Shown: one piece after another, positions 12,101 through 27,100 of the stretch
Layout of the letters: the number at the start of each line of letters is the position of its first letter
How positions within the stretch are numbered: the stretch's first letter is position 1
NCBI GenBank assembly: GCA_032718475.1
Contig: JAUCBJ010005141.1
Span: forward strand, 1 to 64,000
Direction of reading: 5' to 3'
DNA from: Nemertoderma westbladi
Taxonomy: Eukaryota; Animalia; Xenacoelomorpha
DNA length: 64,000 nt
Notes under the pieces: generated by a model
What the model saw: the letters and a program-made list of their open reading frames with translations, nothing else
The model's database searches: none
Told to the model about the DNA's origin: nothing
Translations under genes and position numbers: made by a program

Positions 12101-15100
12101 GTTAAGGTCTCGGGTTCAGCTCTATTGATTTAACTTTAAACCGTTGGTTAAGGTGTAAGGTCTCGGGTTCAGTTCTATTGATTTAACTTTAAACCGTTGG
12201 TTAAGGTCTCGGGTTCAGCTCTATTGATTTAACTTTAAACCGTTGGTTAAGGTCTCTGGTTCAGCTCTATTGATTTAACTTTAAACCGTTGGTTAAGGTC
12301 TCGGGTTCAGCTCTATTAACTTTAAACCGTTGGTTAAGGTCTCGGGTTCAGCTCCATTGATTTAACTTTAAACCGTTGGTTAAGGTCTCGGGTTCAGCTC
12401 TATTGATTTAACTTTAAACCGTTGGTTAAGGTCTCGGGTTCAGCTCTATTGATTTAACTTTAAACCGTTGGTTAAGGTCTCGGATTCAGCTCTATTGATT
12501 TAACTTTAAACCGTTGGTTAAGGTCTCGGGTTCAGCTCTATTGATTTAACTTTAAACCGTTGGTTAAGGTCTCGGGTTCAGCCCTATTGGTTTAACTTTA
12601 AACCGTTGGTTAAGGTCTCGGGTTCAGCTCTATTGATTTAACTTTAAACCGTTGGTTAAGGTGTAAGGTCTCGGGTTCAGTTCTATTGATTTAACTTTAA
12701 ACCGTTGGTTAAGGTCTCGGGTTCAGCTCTATTGATTTAACTTTAAACCGTTGGTTAAGGTCTCTGGTTCAGCTCTATTGATTTAACTTTAAACCGTTGG
12801 TTAAGGTCTCGGGTTCAGCTCTATTAACTTTAAACCGTTGGTTAAGGTCTCGGGTTCAGCTCCATTGATTTAACTTTAAACCGTTGGTTAAGGTCTCGGG
12901 TTCAGCTCTATTGATTTAACTTTAAACCGTTGGTTAAGGTCTCGGGTTCAGCTCTATTGATTTAACTTTAAACCGTTGGTTAAGGTCTCGGATTCAGCTC
13001 TATTGATTTAACTTTAAACCGTTGGTTAAGGTCTCGGGTTCAGCTCTATTGATTTAACTTTAAACCGTTGGTTAAGGTCTCGGGTTCAGCTCTATTGATT
13101 TAACTTTAAACCGTTGGTTAAGGTCTCGGGTTCAGCTCTATTGATTTAACTTTAAACCGTTGGTTAAGGTCTCGGATTCAGCTCTATTGATTTAACTTTA
13201 AACCGTTGGTTAAGGTCTCGGGTTCAGCTCTATTGATTTAACTTTAAACCGTTGGTTAAGGTCTCGGGTTCAGCTCTATTGATTTAACTTTAAACCGTTG
13301 GTTAAGGTCTCGGGTTCAGCTCTATTGATTTAACTTTAAACCGTTGGTTAAGGTCTCGGATTCAGCTCTATTGATTTAACTTTAAACCGTTGGTTAAGGT
13401 CTCGGGTTCAGCTCTATTGATTTAACTTTAAACCGTTGGTTAAGGTCTCGGGTTCAGTTCTATTGATTTAACTTTAAACCGTTGGTTAAGGTCTCGGGTT
13501 CAGCTCTATTGATTTAACTTTAAACCGTTGGTTAAGGTGTCGGGTTCAGCTCTATTGATTTAACTTTAAACCGTTGGTTAAGGTCTCGGGTTCAGCCCTA
13601 TTGGTTTAACTTTAAACCATTGGTTAAGGTCTCGGGTTCAGCTCTATTGATTTAACTTTAAACCGTTGGTTAAGGTCTCGGGTTCAGCTCTATTGATTTA
13701 ACTTTAAACCGTTGGTTCAGCTCTATTGATTTAACTTTAAACCGTTGGTTAAGGTCTCGGGTTCAGCTCTATTGATTTAAATTTAAACCGTTGGTTAAGG
13801 TCTCGGGTTCAGCTCTATTGATTTAACTTTAAACCGTTGGTTAAGGTCTCGGGTTCAGCTCTATTGATTTAACTTTAAACCGTTGGTTAAGGTCTCGGGT
13901 TCAGCTCTATTGATTTAACTTTAAACCGTTGGTTAAGGTCTCGGGTTCAGCTCTATTGATTTAACTTTAAACCGTTGGTTAAGGTCTCGGGTTCAGCCCT
14001 ATTGGTTTAACTTTAAACCATTGGTTAAGGTCTCGGGTTCAGCTCTATTGATTTAACTTTTAAACCGTTGGTTAAGGTCTCGGGTTCAGCTCTATTGATT
14101 TAACTTTAAACCGTTGGTTCAGCTCTATTGATTTAACTTTAAACCGTTGGTTAAGGTCTCGGGTTCAGCTCTATTGATTTAACTTTAAACCGTTGGTTAA
14201 GGTCTCGGGTTCAGCTCTATTGATTTAACTTTAAACCGTTGGTTAAGGTCTCGGGTTCAGCTCTATTGATTTAACTTTAAACCGTTGGTTAAGGTCTCGG
14301 GTTCAGCTCTATTGATTTAACTTTAAACCGTTGGTTAAGGTCTCGGGTTCAGCTCTATTGATTTAACTTTAAACCGTTGGTTAAGGTCTCGGGTTCAGCT
14401 CTATTGATTTAACTTTAAACCGTTGGTTAAGGTCTCGGGTTCAGCCCTATTGGTTTAACTTTAAACCATTGGTTAAGGTCTCGGGTTCAGCTCTATTGAT
14501 TTAACTTTAAACCGTTGGTTAAGGTCTCGGGTTCAGCTCTATTGATTTAACTTTAAACCGTTGGTTCAGCTCTATTGATTTAACTTTAAACCGTTGGTTA
14601 AGGTCTCGGGTTCAGCTCTATTGATTTAACTTTAAACCGTTGGTTAAGGTCTCGGGTTCAGCTCTATTGATTTAACTTTAAACCGTTGGTTAAGGTCTCG
14701 GGTTCAGCTCTATTGATTTAACTTTAAACCGTTGGTTAAGGTCTCGGATTCAGCTCTATTGATTTAACTTTAAACCGTTGGTTAAGGTGTAAGGTCTCGG
14801 GTTCAGTTCTATTGATTTAACTTTAAACCGTTGGTTAAGGTCTCGGGTTCAGCTCTATTGATTTAACTTTAAACCGTTGGTTAAGGTCTCTGGTTCAGCT
14901 CTATTGATTTAACTTTAAACCGTTGGTTAAGGTCTCGGGTTCAGCTCTATTAACTTTAAACCGTTGGTTAAGGTCTCGGGTTCAGCTCCATTGATTTAAC
15001 TTTAAACCGTTGGTTAAGGTCTCGGGTTCAGCTCTATTGATTTAACTTTAAACCGTTGGTTAAGGTCTCTGGTTCAGCTCTATTGCTTTAACTTTAAACC

Positions 15101-18100
15101 GTTGGTTAAGGTCTCGGGTTCAGCTCTATTGATTTAACTTTAAACCGTTGGTTAAGGTCTCGGGTTCAGCTCTATTGATTTAACTTTAAACCGTTGGTTA
15201 AGGTCTCTGGTTCAGCTCTATTGGTTTAACTTTAAACCGATGGTTAAGGTCTTGGGTTCAGCTCTATTGATTTAACTTTAAACCGTTGGTTAAGGTCTCG
15301 GGTTCAGCTCTATTGATTTAACTTTAAACCGTTGGTTAAGGTCTCCGGTTCAGCTCTATTGATTTAACTTTAAACCGTTGGTTAAGGTCTTGGGTTCAGC
15401 TCTATTGATTTAACTTTAAACCGTTGGTTAAGGTCTCGGGTTCAGCTCTATTGATTTAACTTTAAACCGTTGGTTAAGGTCTCCGGTTCAGCTCTATTGA
15501 TGTAACTTTAAACCGTTGGTTAAGGTCTCGGGTTCAGCTCTATTGATTTAACTTTAAACCGTTGGTTAAGGTCTCGGGTTCAGCTCTATTAACTTTAAAC
15601 CGTTGGTTAAGGTCTCGGGTTCAGCTCCATTGATTTAACTTTAAACCGTTGGTTAAGGTCTCGGGTTCAGCTCTATTGATTTAACTTTAAACCGTTGGTT
15701 AAGGTCTCTGGTTCAGCTCTATTGATTTAACTTTAAACCGTTGGTTAAGGTCTCGGGTTCAGCTCTATTGATTTAACTTTAAACCGTTGGTTAAGGTCTC
15801 GGGTTCAGCTCTATTGATTTAACTTTAAACCGTTGGTTAAGGTCTCTGGTTCAGCTCTATTGATTTAACTTTAAACCGTTGGTTAAGGTCTCGGGTTCAG
15901 CTCTATTGATTTAACTTTAAACCGTTGGTTAAGGTCTCTGGTTCAGCTCTATTGATTTAACTTTAAACCGTTGGTTAAGGTCTCGGGTTCAGCTCTATTG
16001 ATTTAACTTTAAACCGTTGGTTAAGGTCTCTGGTTCAGCTCTATTGATTTAACTTTAAACCGTTGGTTAAGGTCTCGGGTTCAGCTCTATTGATTTAACT
16101 TTAAACCGTTGGTTAAGGTCTCTGGTTCAGCTCTATTGATTTAACTTTAAACCGTTGGTTAAGGTCTCGGGTTCAGCTCTATTGATTTAACTTTAAACCG
16201 TTGGTTAAGGTCTCGGGTTCAGCTCTATTGATTTAACTTTAAACCGTTGGTTAAGGTCTCCGGTTCAGCTCTATTGATTTAACTTTAAACCGTTGGTTAA
16301 GGTCTTGGGTTCAGCTCTATTGATTTAACTTTAAACCGTTGGTTAAGGTCTCGGGTTCAGCTCTATTGATTTAACTTTAAACCGTTGGTTAAGGTCTCGG
16401 GTTCAGCTCTATTGATGTAACTTTAAACCGTTGGTTAAGGTCTCGGGTTCAGCTCTATTGATTTAACTTTAAACCGTTGGTTAAGGTCTCGGGTTCAGCT
16501 CTATTGATTTAACTTTAAACCGTTGGTTAAGGTCTCTGGTTCAGCTCTATTGATTTAACTTTAAACCGTTGGTTAAGGTCTCGGGTTCAGCTCTATTGAT
16601 TTAACTTTAAACCGTTGGTTAAGGTCTCGGGTTCAGCTCTATTGATTTAACTTTAAACCGTTGGTTAAGGTCTCGGGTTCAGCTCTATTGATTTAACTTT
16701 AAACCGTTGGTTAAGGTCTCGGGTTCAGCTCTATTGATTTAACTTTAAACCGTTGGTTAAGGTCTCCGGTTCAGCTCTATTGATGTAACTTTAAACCGTT
16801 GGTTAAGGTCTCGGGTTCAGCTCTATTGATTTAACTTTAAACCGTTGGTTAAGGTCTCGGGTTCAGCTCTATTAACTTTAAACCGTTGGTTAAGGTCTCG
16901 GGTTCAGCTCCATTGATTTAACTTTAAACCGTTGGTTAAGGTCTCGGGTTCAGCTCTATTGATTTAACTTTAAACCGTTGGTTAAGGTCTCGGGTTCAGC
17001 TCTATTGATTTAACTTTAAACCGTTGGTTAAGGTCTCGGGTTCAGCTCTATTGATTTAACTTTAAACCGTTGGTTAAGGTCTCGGGTTCAGCTCTATTGA
17101 TTTAACTTTAAACCGTTGGTTAAGGTCTCTGGTTCAGCTCTATTGATTTAACTTTAAACCGTTGGTTATGGTCTCGGGTTCAGCTCTATTGATTTAACTT
17201 TAAACCGTTGGTTAAGGTCTCTGGTTCAGCTCTATTGATTTAACTTTAAACCGTTGGTTAAGGTCTCGGGTTCAGCTCTATTGATTTAACTTTAAACCGT
17301 TGGTTAAGGTCTCTGGTTCAGCTCTATTGATTTAACTTTAAACCGTTGGTTAAAGTCTCGGGTTCAGCTCTATTGATTTAACTTTAAACCGTTGGTTAAG
17401 GTCTCGGGTTCAGCTCTATTGATTTAACTTTAAACCGTTGGTTAAAGTCTCGGGTTCAGCTCTATTGATTTAACTTTAAACCGTTGGTTAAGGTCTCTGG
17501 TTCAGCTCTATTGATTTAACTTTAAACCGTTGGTTATGGTCTCTGGTTCAGCTCTATTGATTTAACTTTAAACCGTTGGTTAAGGTGTCGGGTTCAGCTC
17601 TATTGATTTAACTTTAAACCGTTGGTTAAGGTCTCTGGTTCAGCTCTATTGATTTAACTTTAAACCGTTGGTTAAAGTCTCGGGTTCAGCTCTATTGATT
17701 TAACTTTAAACCGTTGGTTAAGGTCTCGGGTTCAGCTCTATTGATTTAACTTTAAACCGTTGGTTAAGGTCTCGGGTTCAGCTCTATTGATTTAACTTTA
17801 AACCGTTGGTTAAGGTCTCTGGTTCAGCTCTATTGATTTAACTTTAAACCGTTGGTTATGGTCTCGGGTTCAGCTCTATTGATTTAACTTTAAACCGTTG
17901 GTTAAGGTCTCGGGTTCAGCTCTATTGATTTAACTTTAAACCGTTGGTTAAAGTCTCGGGTTCAGCTCTATTGATTTAACTTTAAACCGTTGGTTAAGGT
18001 CTCGGGTTCAGCTCTATTGATTTAACTTTAAACCGTTGGTTAAAGTCTCGGGTTCAGCTCTATTGATTTAACTTTAAACCGTTGGTTAAGGTCTCGGGTT

Positions 18101-21100
18101 CAGCTCTATTGGTTTAACTTTAAACCATTGGTTAAGGTCTCGGGTTCAGCTCTATTGATTTAACTTTAAACCGTTGGTTAAGGTCTCGGGTTCAGCTCTA
18201 TTGATTTAACTTTAAACCGTTGGTTAAGGTCTCGGGTTCAGCTCTATTGATTTAACTTTAAACCGTTGGTTAAGGTCTCGGGTTCAGCTCTATTGATTTA
18301 ACTTTAAACCGTTGGTTAAGGTCTCGGGTTCAGCTCTATTGATTTAACTTTAAACCGTTGGTTAAAGTCTCGGGTTCAGCTCTATTGATTTAACTTTAAA
18401 CCGTTGGTTAAGGTCTCGGGTTCAGCTCTATTGATTTAACTTTAAACCATTGGTTAAGGTCTCGGGTTCAGCTCTATTGATTTAACTTTAAACCGTTGGT
18501 TAAGGTCTCGGGTTCAGCTCTATTGATTTAACTTTAAACCGTTGGTTAAGGTCTAGGGTTCAGCTCTATTGATTTAACTTTAAACCTTTGGTTAAGGACT
18601 CGGGTTCAGCTCTATTGATTTAACTTTAAACCGTTGGTTAAGGTCTCGGGTTCAGCTCTATTGATTTAACTTTAAACCGTTGGTTAAGGTCTCGGGTTCA
18701 GCTCTATTGATTTAACTTCTAACCTTTTGGTTAAGGTCTCGGGTTCAGCCCTTTTGATTTAACTTTAAACCGTTGGTTAAGGTCTCGGGTTCAGCTCTAT
18801 TGATTTAACTTTAAACCGTTGGTTAAGGTCTAGGGTTCAGCTCTATTGATTTAACTTTAAACCGTTGGTTAAGGTCTCGGGTTCAGCTCTATTGATTTAA
18901 CTTTAAAGTTCTATTGATTTAACCTTAAACCGTTGGTTAAGGTCTCGGGTTCAGCTCTATTGATTTAACTTTAAAGTTCTATTGATTTAACCTTAAACCG
19001 TTGGTTAAGGTCTCGGGTTCAGCTCTATTGATTTAACTTTAAAGTTCTATTGATTTAACCTTAAACCGTTGGTTAAGGTCTCGGGTTCAGCTCTATTGAT
19101 TTAACTTTAAAGTTCTATTGATTTAACTTTAAACCGTTGGTTAAGGTCTCGGGTTCAGCTCTATTGATTTAACTTTAAACCGTTGGTTAAGGTCTCGGGT
19201 TCAGCTCTATTGATTTAACTTCTAACCTTTTGGTTAAGGTCTCGGGTTCAGCTCTATTGATTTAACTTTAAACCGTTGGTTAAGGTCTCGGGTTCAGCTC
19301 TATTGATTTAACTTTAAACCGTTGGTTAAGGTCTCGGGTTCAGCTCTATTGATTTAACTTTAAACCGTTGGTTAAGGTCTCGGGTTCAGCTCTATTGATT
19401 TAACTTCTAACCTTTTGGTTAAGGTCTCGGGTTCAGCTCTATTGATTTAACTTTAAACCTTTTGGTTAAGGTCTCGGGTTCAGCTCCATTGATTTAACTT
19501 TAAACCGTTGGTTAAGGTCTCGGGTTCAGCTCTATTGATTTAACTTTAAACCGTTGGTTAAGGTCTCGGGTTCAGCTCTATTGATTTAACTTTAAACCGT
19601 TGGTTAAGGTCTCGGGTTCAGCTCTATTGATTTAACTTTAAACCGTTGCTTATGGTCTCGGGTTCAGCTCTATTGATTTAACTTTAAACCGTTGGTTAAG
19701 GTCTCGGGTTCAGCTCTATTTATTTAACTTTAAACCGTTGATTAAGGTCTCGGATTCAGCCCTATTGATTTAACTTTAAACCGTTGGTTAAGGTCTCGGG
19801 TTCAGCTCTATTGATTTAACTTTAAACCGTTGCTTAAGGTCTCGGGTTCAGCTCTATTGATTTAACTTTAAACCGTTGGTTAAGGTCTCGGGATCAGCTC
19901 TATTGATTTAACTTTAAACCTTTGGTTAAGGTCTCGGGTTCAGCTCTATTGATTTAACTTTAAACCGTTGGTTAAGGTCTCGGGTTCAGCTCTATTGATT
20001 TAACTTTAAACCGTTGGTTAAGGTCTCGGGTTCAGCTCTATTGATTTAACTTTAAACCGTTGGTTAAGGTCTCGGGTTCAGCTCTATTGATTTAACTTTA
20101 AACCGTTGGTTAAGGTCTCGGGTTCAGCTCTATTGATTTAACTTTAAACCGTTGGTTAAGGTCTCGGGTTCAGTTCTATTGATTTAACTTTAAACCTTTT
20201 GGTTAAGGTCTCGGGTTCAGCTCTATTGATTTAACTTTAAACCGTTGGTTAAGGTCTCGGGTTCAGCTCTATTGATTTAACTTTAAACCTTTGGTTAAGG
20301 TCTCGGGTTCAGTTCTATTGATTTAACTTTAAACCGTTGGTTAAGGTCTCGGGTTCAGCTCTATTGATTTAACTTTAAACCGTTGGTTAAGGTCTCGGGT
20401 TCAGCTCTATTTATTTAACTTTAAACCGTTGGTTAAGGTCTCGGGTTCAGCTCTATTGATTTAACTTTAAACCGTTGGTTAAGGTCTCGGGTTCAGCTCT
20501 ATTAACTTTAAACCGTTGGTTAAGGTCTCGGGTTCAGCTCTATTGATTTAACTTTAACCCTTTTGGTTAAGGTCTCGGGTTCAGCTCTATTGATTTAACT
20601 TTAAACCGTTGGTTAAGGTCTCGGGTTCAGCTCTATTGATTTAACTTTAAACCGTTGGTTAAAGTCTCGGGTTCAGCTCTATTGATTTAACTTTAAACCG
20701 TTGGTTAAGGTCTCGGGTTCAGCTCTATTGATTTAACTTTAAACCGTTGGTTAAGGTCTCGGGTTCAGCTCTATTGATTTAACTTTAAACCGTTGGTTAA
20801 GGTCTCGGGTTCAGCTCTATTGATTTAACTTTAAACCGTTGGTTAAGGTCTCGGGTTCAGCTCTATTGATTTAACTTTAAACCGTTGGTTAAGGTCTCGG
20901 GTTCAGCTCTATTGATTTAACTTTAAACCGTTGGTTAAGGTCTCGGGTTCAGCTCTATTGATTTAACTTTAAACCGTTGGTCAAGGTCTCGGGTTCAGCC
21001 CTATTGATTTAACTTTAAACCGTTGGTTAAGGTCTCGGGTTCAGCTCTATTGATTTAACTTTAAACGGTTGGTTAAGGTCTCGGGTTCAGCTCTATTGAT

Positions 21101-24100
21101 TTAACTTTAAACCGTTGGTTAAGGTCTCGGGTTCAGCTCTATTGATTTGACTTTAAACCGTTGGTTAAGGTTTCGGGTTCAGCTCTATTGATTTAACTTT
21201 AAACCGTTGGTTAAGGTCTCGGGTTCAGCTCTATTAACTTTAAGCGGTTGGTTAAGGTCTCGGGTTCAGCTCTATTGATTTAACTTTAAACCGTTGGTTA
21301 AGGTCTCGGGTTCAGCTCTATTGATTTAACTTTAAACCGTTTGGTTAAGGTCTCGGGTTCAGCCCTTTTGATTTAACTTTAAACCGTTGGTTAAGGTCTC
21401 GGGTTCAGCTCTATTGATTTAACTTTAAACCGTTGGTTAAGGTCTTGGGTTCAGCCCTATTGATTTAACTTTAAACCGTTGGTTAAGGTCTCGGATTCAG
21501 CTCTATTGATTTAACTTTATACCGTTGGTTAAGGTCTCGGGTTCAGCTCTATTGATTTAACTTTAAACCGTTGGTTAAAGTCTCGGGTTCAGCTCTATTG
21601 ATTTAACTTTAAACCGTTGGTTAAGGTCTCGGGTTCAGCTCTATTGATTTAACTTTAAACCGTTGGTTAAGGTCTCGGGTTCAGCCCTATTGATTTAACT
21701 TTAAACCGTTGGTTAAAGTCTCGGGTTCAGCTCTATTGATTTAACTTTAAACCGTTGGTTAAGGTCTCGGGTTCAGCTCTATTGATTTAACTTTAAACCG
21801 TTGGTTAAGGTCTCGGGTTCAGCTCTATTGATTTAACTTTAAACCGTTGGTTAAGGTCTCGGGTTCAGCTCTATTGATTTAACTTTAAACCGTTGGTTAA
21901 GGTCTCGGGTTCAGCTCTATTGATTTAACTTTAAACCGTTGGTTAAGGTCTCGGGTTCAGCTCTATTAACTTTAAACCGTTGGTTAAGGTCTCGGGTTCA
22001 GCTCTATTGATTTAACTTTAAACCTTTTGGTTAAGGTCTCGGGTTCAGCTCTATTGATTTAACTTTAAACCGTTGGTTAAGGTCTCGGGTTCAGCTCTAT
22101 TGATTTAACTTTAAACCGTTTGTTAAGGTCTCGGGTTCAGTTCTATTGATTTAACTTTAAACCGTTGGTTAAGGTCTCGGGTTCAGCTCTATTGATTTAA
22201 CTTTAAACCGTTGGTTAAGGTCTCGGGTTCAGCTCTATTGATTTAACTTTAAACCGTTGGTTAAGGTCTCGGGTTCAGCTCTATTGATTTAACTTTAAAC
22301 CGTTGGTTAAGGTCTCGGGTTCAGCTCTATTGATTTAACTTTAAACCGTTGGTTAAGGTCTCGGGTTCAGCTCTATTAACTTTAAACCGTTGGTTAAGGT
22401 CTCGGGTTCAGCTCTATTGATTTAACTTTAACCCTTTTGGTTAAGGTCTCGGGTTCAGCTCTATTGATTTAACTTTAAACCGTTGGTTAAGGTCTCGGGT
22501 TCAGCTCTATTGATTTAACTTTAAACCGTTGGTTAAAGTCTCGGGTTCAGCTCTATTGATTTAACTTTAAACCGTTGGTTAAGGTCTCGGGTTCAGCTCT
22601 ATTGATTTAACTTTAAACCGTTGGTTAAGGTCTCGGGTTCAGCTCTATTGATTTAACTTTAAACCGTTGGTTAAGGTCTCGGGTTCAGCTCTATTGATTT
22701 AACTTTAAACCGTTGGTTAAGGTCTCGGGTTCAGCTCTATTGATTTAACTTTAAACCGTTGGTTAAGGTCTCGGGTTCAGCTCTATTGATTTAACTTTAA
22801 ACCGTTGGTTAAGGTCTCGGGTTCAGCTCTATTGATTTAACTTTAAACCGTTGGTCAAGGTCTCGGGTTCAGCCCTATTGATTTAACTTTAAACCGTTGG
22901 TTAAGGTCTCGGGTTCAGCTCTATTGATTTAACTTTAAACGGTTGGTTAAGGTCTCGGGTTCAGCTCTATTGATTTAACTTTAAACCGTTGGTTAAGGTC
23001 TCGGGTTCAGCTCTATTGATTTGACTTTAAACCGTTGGTTAAGGTTTCGGGTTCAGCTCTATTGATTTAACTTTAAACCGTTGGTTAAGGTCTCGGGTTC
23101 AGCTCTATTAACTTTAAGCGGTTGGTTAAGGTCTCGGGTTCAGCTCTATTGATTTAACTTTAAACCGTTGGTTAAGGTCTCGGGTTCAGCTCTATTGATT
23201 TAACTTTAAACGTTTGGTTAAGGTCTCGGGTTCAGCCCTTTTGATTTAACTTTAAACCGTTGGTTAAGGTCTCGGGTTCAGCTCTATTGATTTAACTTTA
23301 AACCGTTGGTTAAGGTCTTGGGTTCAGCCCTATTGATTTAACTTTAAACCGTTGGTTAAGGTCTCGGATTCAGCTCTATTGATTTAACTTTATACCGTTG
23401 GTTAAGGTCTCGGGTTCAGCTCTATTGATTTAACTTTAAACCGTTGGTTAAAGTCTCGGGTTCAGCTCTATTGATTTAACTTTAAACCGTTGGTTAAGGT
23501 CTCGGGTTCAGCTCTATTGATTTAACTTTAAACCGTTGGTTCAGGTCTCGGGTTCAGCTCTATTGATTTAACTTTAAACCGTTGGTTAAGGTCTCGGGTT
23601 CAGCCCTATTGATTTAACTTTAAACCGTTGGTTAAAGTCTCGGGTTCAGCTCTATTGATTTAACTTTAAACCGTTGGTTAAGGTCTCGGGTTCAGCTCTA
23701 TTGATTTAACTTTAAACCGTTGGTTAAGGTCTCGGGTTCAGCTCTATTGATTTAACTTTAAACCGTTGGTTAAGGTCTCGGGTTCAGCTCTATTGATTTA
23801 ACTTTAAACCGTTGGTTAAGGTCTCGGGTTCAGCTCTATTGATTTAACTTTAAACCGTTGGTTAAGGTCTCGGGTTCAGCTCTATTAACTTTAAACCGTT
23901 GGTTAAGGTCTCGGGTTCAGCTCTATTGATTTAACTTTAAACCTTTTGGTTAAGGTCTCGGGTTCAGCTCTATTGATTTAACTTTAAACCGTTGGTTAAG
24001 GTCTCGGGTTCAGCTCTATTGATTTAACTTTAAACCGTTGGTTAAAGTCTCGGGTTCAGCTCTATTGATTTAACTTTAAACCGTTGGTTAAGGTCTCGGG

Positions 24101-27100
24101 TTCAGCTCTATTGATTTAACTTTAAACCGTTGGTTAATGTTTCGGGTTCAGCTCTATTGATTTAACTTTAAACCGTTTGTTAAGGTCTCGGGTTCAGTTC
24201 TATTGATTTAACTTTAAACCGTTGGTTAAGGTCTCGGGTTCAGCTCTATTGATTTAACTTTAAACCGGTGGTTAAGGTCTCGGGTTCAGCTCTATTGATT
24301 TAACTTTAAACCGTTGGTTAAGGTCTCGGGTTCAGTTCTATTGATTTAACTTTAAACCGTTGGTTAAGGTCTCGGGTTCAGCTCTATTGATTTAACTTTA
24401 AACCGTTGGTTAAGGTCTCGGGTTCAGCTCTATTGATTTATCTTTAAACCGTTGGTTAAGGTCTCTGGTTCAGCTCTATTGATTTAACTTTAAACCGTTG
24501 GTTAAGGTCTCGGGTTCAGCTCTATTGATTTAACTTTAAACCGTTGGTTAAGGTCTTGGGTTCAGCTCTATTGATTTAACTTTAAACCGTTGGTTAAGGT
24601 CTCGGGTTCAGCCCTATTGATTTAACTTTAAACCGTTGGTTAAGGTCTCGGGTTCAGCTCTATTGATTTAACTTTAAACCGTTGGTTAAGGTCTCGGGTT
24701 CAGCTCTATTGATTTAACTTTAAACCGTTGGTTAAGGTCTCGGGTTCAGCTCTATTGATTTAACTTTAAAGCTTGGTTAAGGTCTCGGGTTCAGCCCTAT
24801 TGATCTAACTTTAAACCGTTGGTTAAGGTCTCGGGATCAGCTCTATTGATTTAACTTTAAACCGTTGGTTAAGGTCTCGGGTTCAGCTCTATTGATTTAA
24901 CTTTAAACCGTTGGTTAAGGTCTCGGGTTCAGCTCTATTGATTTAACTTTAAACCGTTGGTTAAGGTCTCGGGTTCAGCTCTATTGATTTAACTTTAAAG
25001 CTTGGTTAAGGTCTCGGGTTCAGCCCTATTGATCTAACTTTAAACCGTTGGTTAAGGTCTCGGGTTCAGCTCTATTGATTTAACTTTAAACCGTTGGTTA
25101 AGGTCTCGGGTTCAGCTCTATTGATTTAACTTTAAACCGTTGGTTAAGGTCTCGGGTTCAGCTCTATTGATTTAACTTTAAAGCTTGGTTAAGGTCTCGG
25201 GTTCAGCCCTATTGATCTAACTTTAAACCGTTGGTTAAGGTCTCGGGTTCAGCTCTATTGATTTAACTTTAAACCGTTGGTTAAGGTCTCGGGTTCAGCA
25301 CTATTGATTTAACTTTAAACCATTGGTTAAGGTCTCGGGTTCAGCTCTATTGATTTAACTTTAAACCGTTGGTTAAGGTCTCGGCTTCAGCTCTATTGAT
25401 TTAACTTTAAACTTTTTGGTTAAGGTCTCGGGTTCAGCTCTATTGATTTAACTTTAAACCGTTGGTTATGGTCTCGGGTTCAGCCCTATTGATTTAACTT
25501 TAAACCGTTGGTTAAGGTCTCGGCTTCAGCTCTATTGATTTAACTTTAAACTTTTTGGTTAAGGTCTCGGGTTCAGCTCTATTGATTTAACTTTAAACCG
25601 TTGGTTAAGGTCTCGGGTTCAGCCCTATTGATTTAACTTTAAACCGTTGGTTAAGGTCTCGGCTTCAGCTCTATTGATTTAACTTTAAACTTTTTGGTTA
25701 AGGTCTCGGGTTCAGCTCTATTGATTTAACTTTAAACCGTTGGTTATGGTCTCGGGTTCAGCCCTATTGATTTAACTTTAAACCGTTGGTTAAGGTCTCG
25801 GCTTCAGCTCTATTGATTTAACTTTAAACTTTTTGGTTAAGGTCTCGGGTTCAGCTCTATTGATTTAACTTTAAACCGTTGGTTAAGGTCTCGGCTTCAG
25901 CTCTATTGATTTAACTTTAAACTTTTTGGTTAAGGTCTCGGGTTCAGCTCTATTGATTTAACTTTAAACCGTTGGTTAAAGTCTCGGGTTCAGCTCTATT
26001 GATTTAACTTTAAACCGTTGGTTAAGGTCTCGGGTTCAGCTCTATTGATTTAACTTTAAACCGTTGGTTAAGGTCTCGAGTTCAGCTCTATTGATTTAAC
26101 TTTAAACCGTTGGTTATGGTCTCGGGTTCAGCCCTATTGATTTAACTTTAAACCGTTGGTTAAGGTCTCGGGTTCAGCCCTATTGATTTAACTTTAAACC
26201 GTTGGTTAAGGTCTCGGGTTCAGCTCTTTTGATTTAACTTTAAACTGTTGGTTAAGGTCTCGGGTTGAGCTCTATTGATTTAACTTTAAACCGTTGGTTA
26301 AGATCTCGGGTTCAGCTCTATTAATTTAACTTTAAACCGTTGGTTAAGGTCTCGGGTTCAGCTCTTTTGATTTAACTTTAAACCGTTGGTTAAGGTCTCG
26401 GATTCAGCTCTATTGATTTAACTTTAAACCGTTGGTTAAGGTCTCGTGTTCAGCCCTATTGATTTAACTTTAAACCGTTGGTTAAGGTCTCGGGTTCAGC
26501 TCTATTTATTTAACTTTAAACCGTTGGTTAAGGTCTCGGGTTCAGCTCTTTTGATTTAACTTTAAACCGTTGGTTAAGGTCTCGGATTCAGCTCTATTGA
26601 TTTAACTTTAAACCGTTGGTTAAGGTCTCGTGTTCAGCCCTATTGATTTAACTTTAAACCGTTGGTTAAGGTCTCGGGTTCAGCACTATTGATTTAACTT
26701 TAAACCGTTGGTTAAGGTCTCGGGTTCAGCTCTATTGATTTAACTTTAAGCCGTTGGTTAAGGTCTCGGGTTCAGCTCTATTTATTTAACTTTAAACCGT
26801 TGGTTAAGGTCTCGGGTTCAGCTCTATTGATTTAACTTTAAACCGTTGGTTAAGGTCTCGGGTTCAGCTCTATTGATTTAACTTTAAACAAATTGGTTAA
26901 GGTCTCGGGTTCAGCTCTATTGATTTAACTTTAAACCGTTGGTTAAGGTCTCGGGTTCAGCTCTATTGATTTAACTTTAAACAAATTGGTTAAGGTCTCG
27001 GGTTCAGCTCTATTGATTTAACTTTAAACCGTTGGTTAAGGTCTCGGGTTCAGCCCTATTGATTTAACTTTAAACCGTTGGTTAAGGTCTCGGGTTCAGC

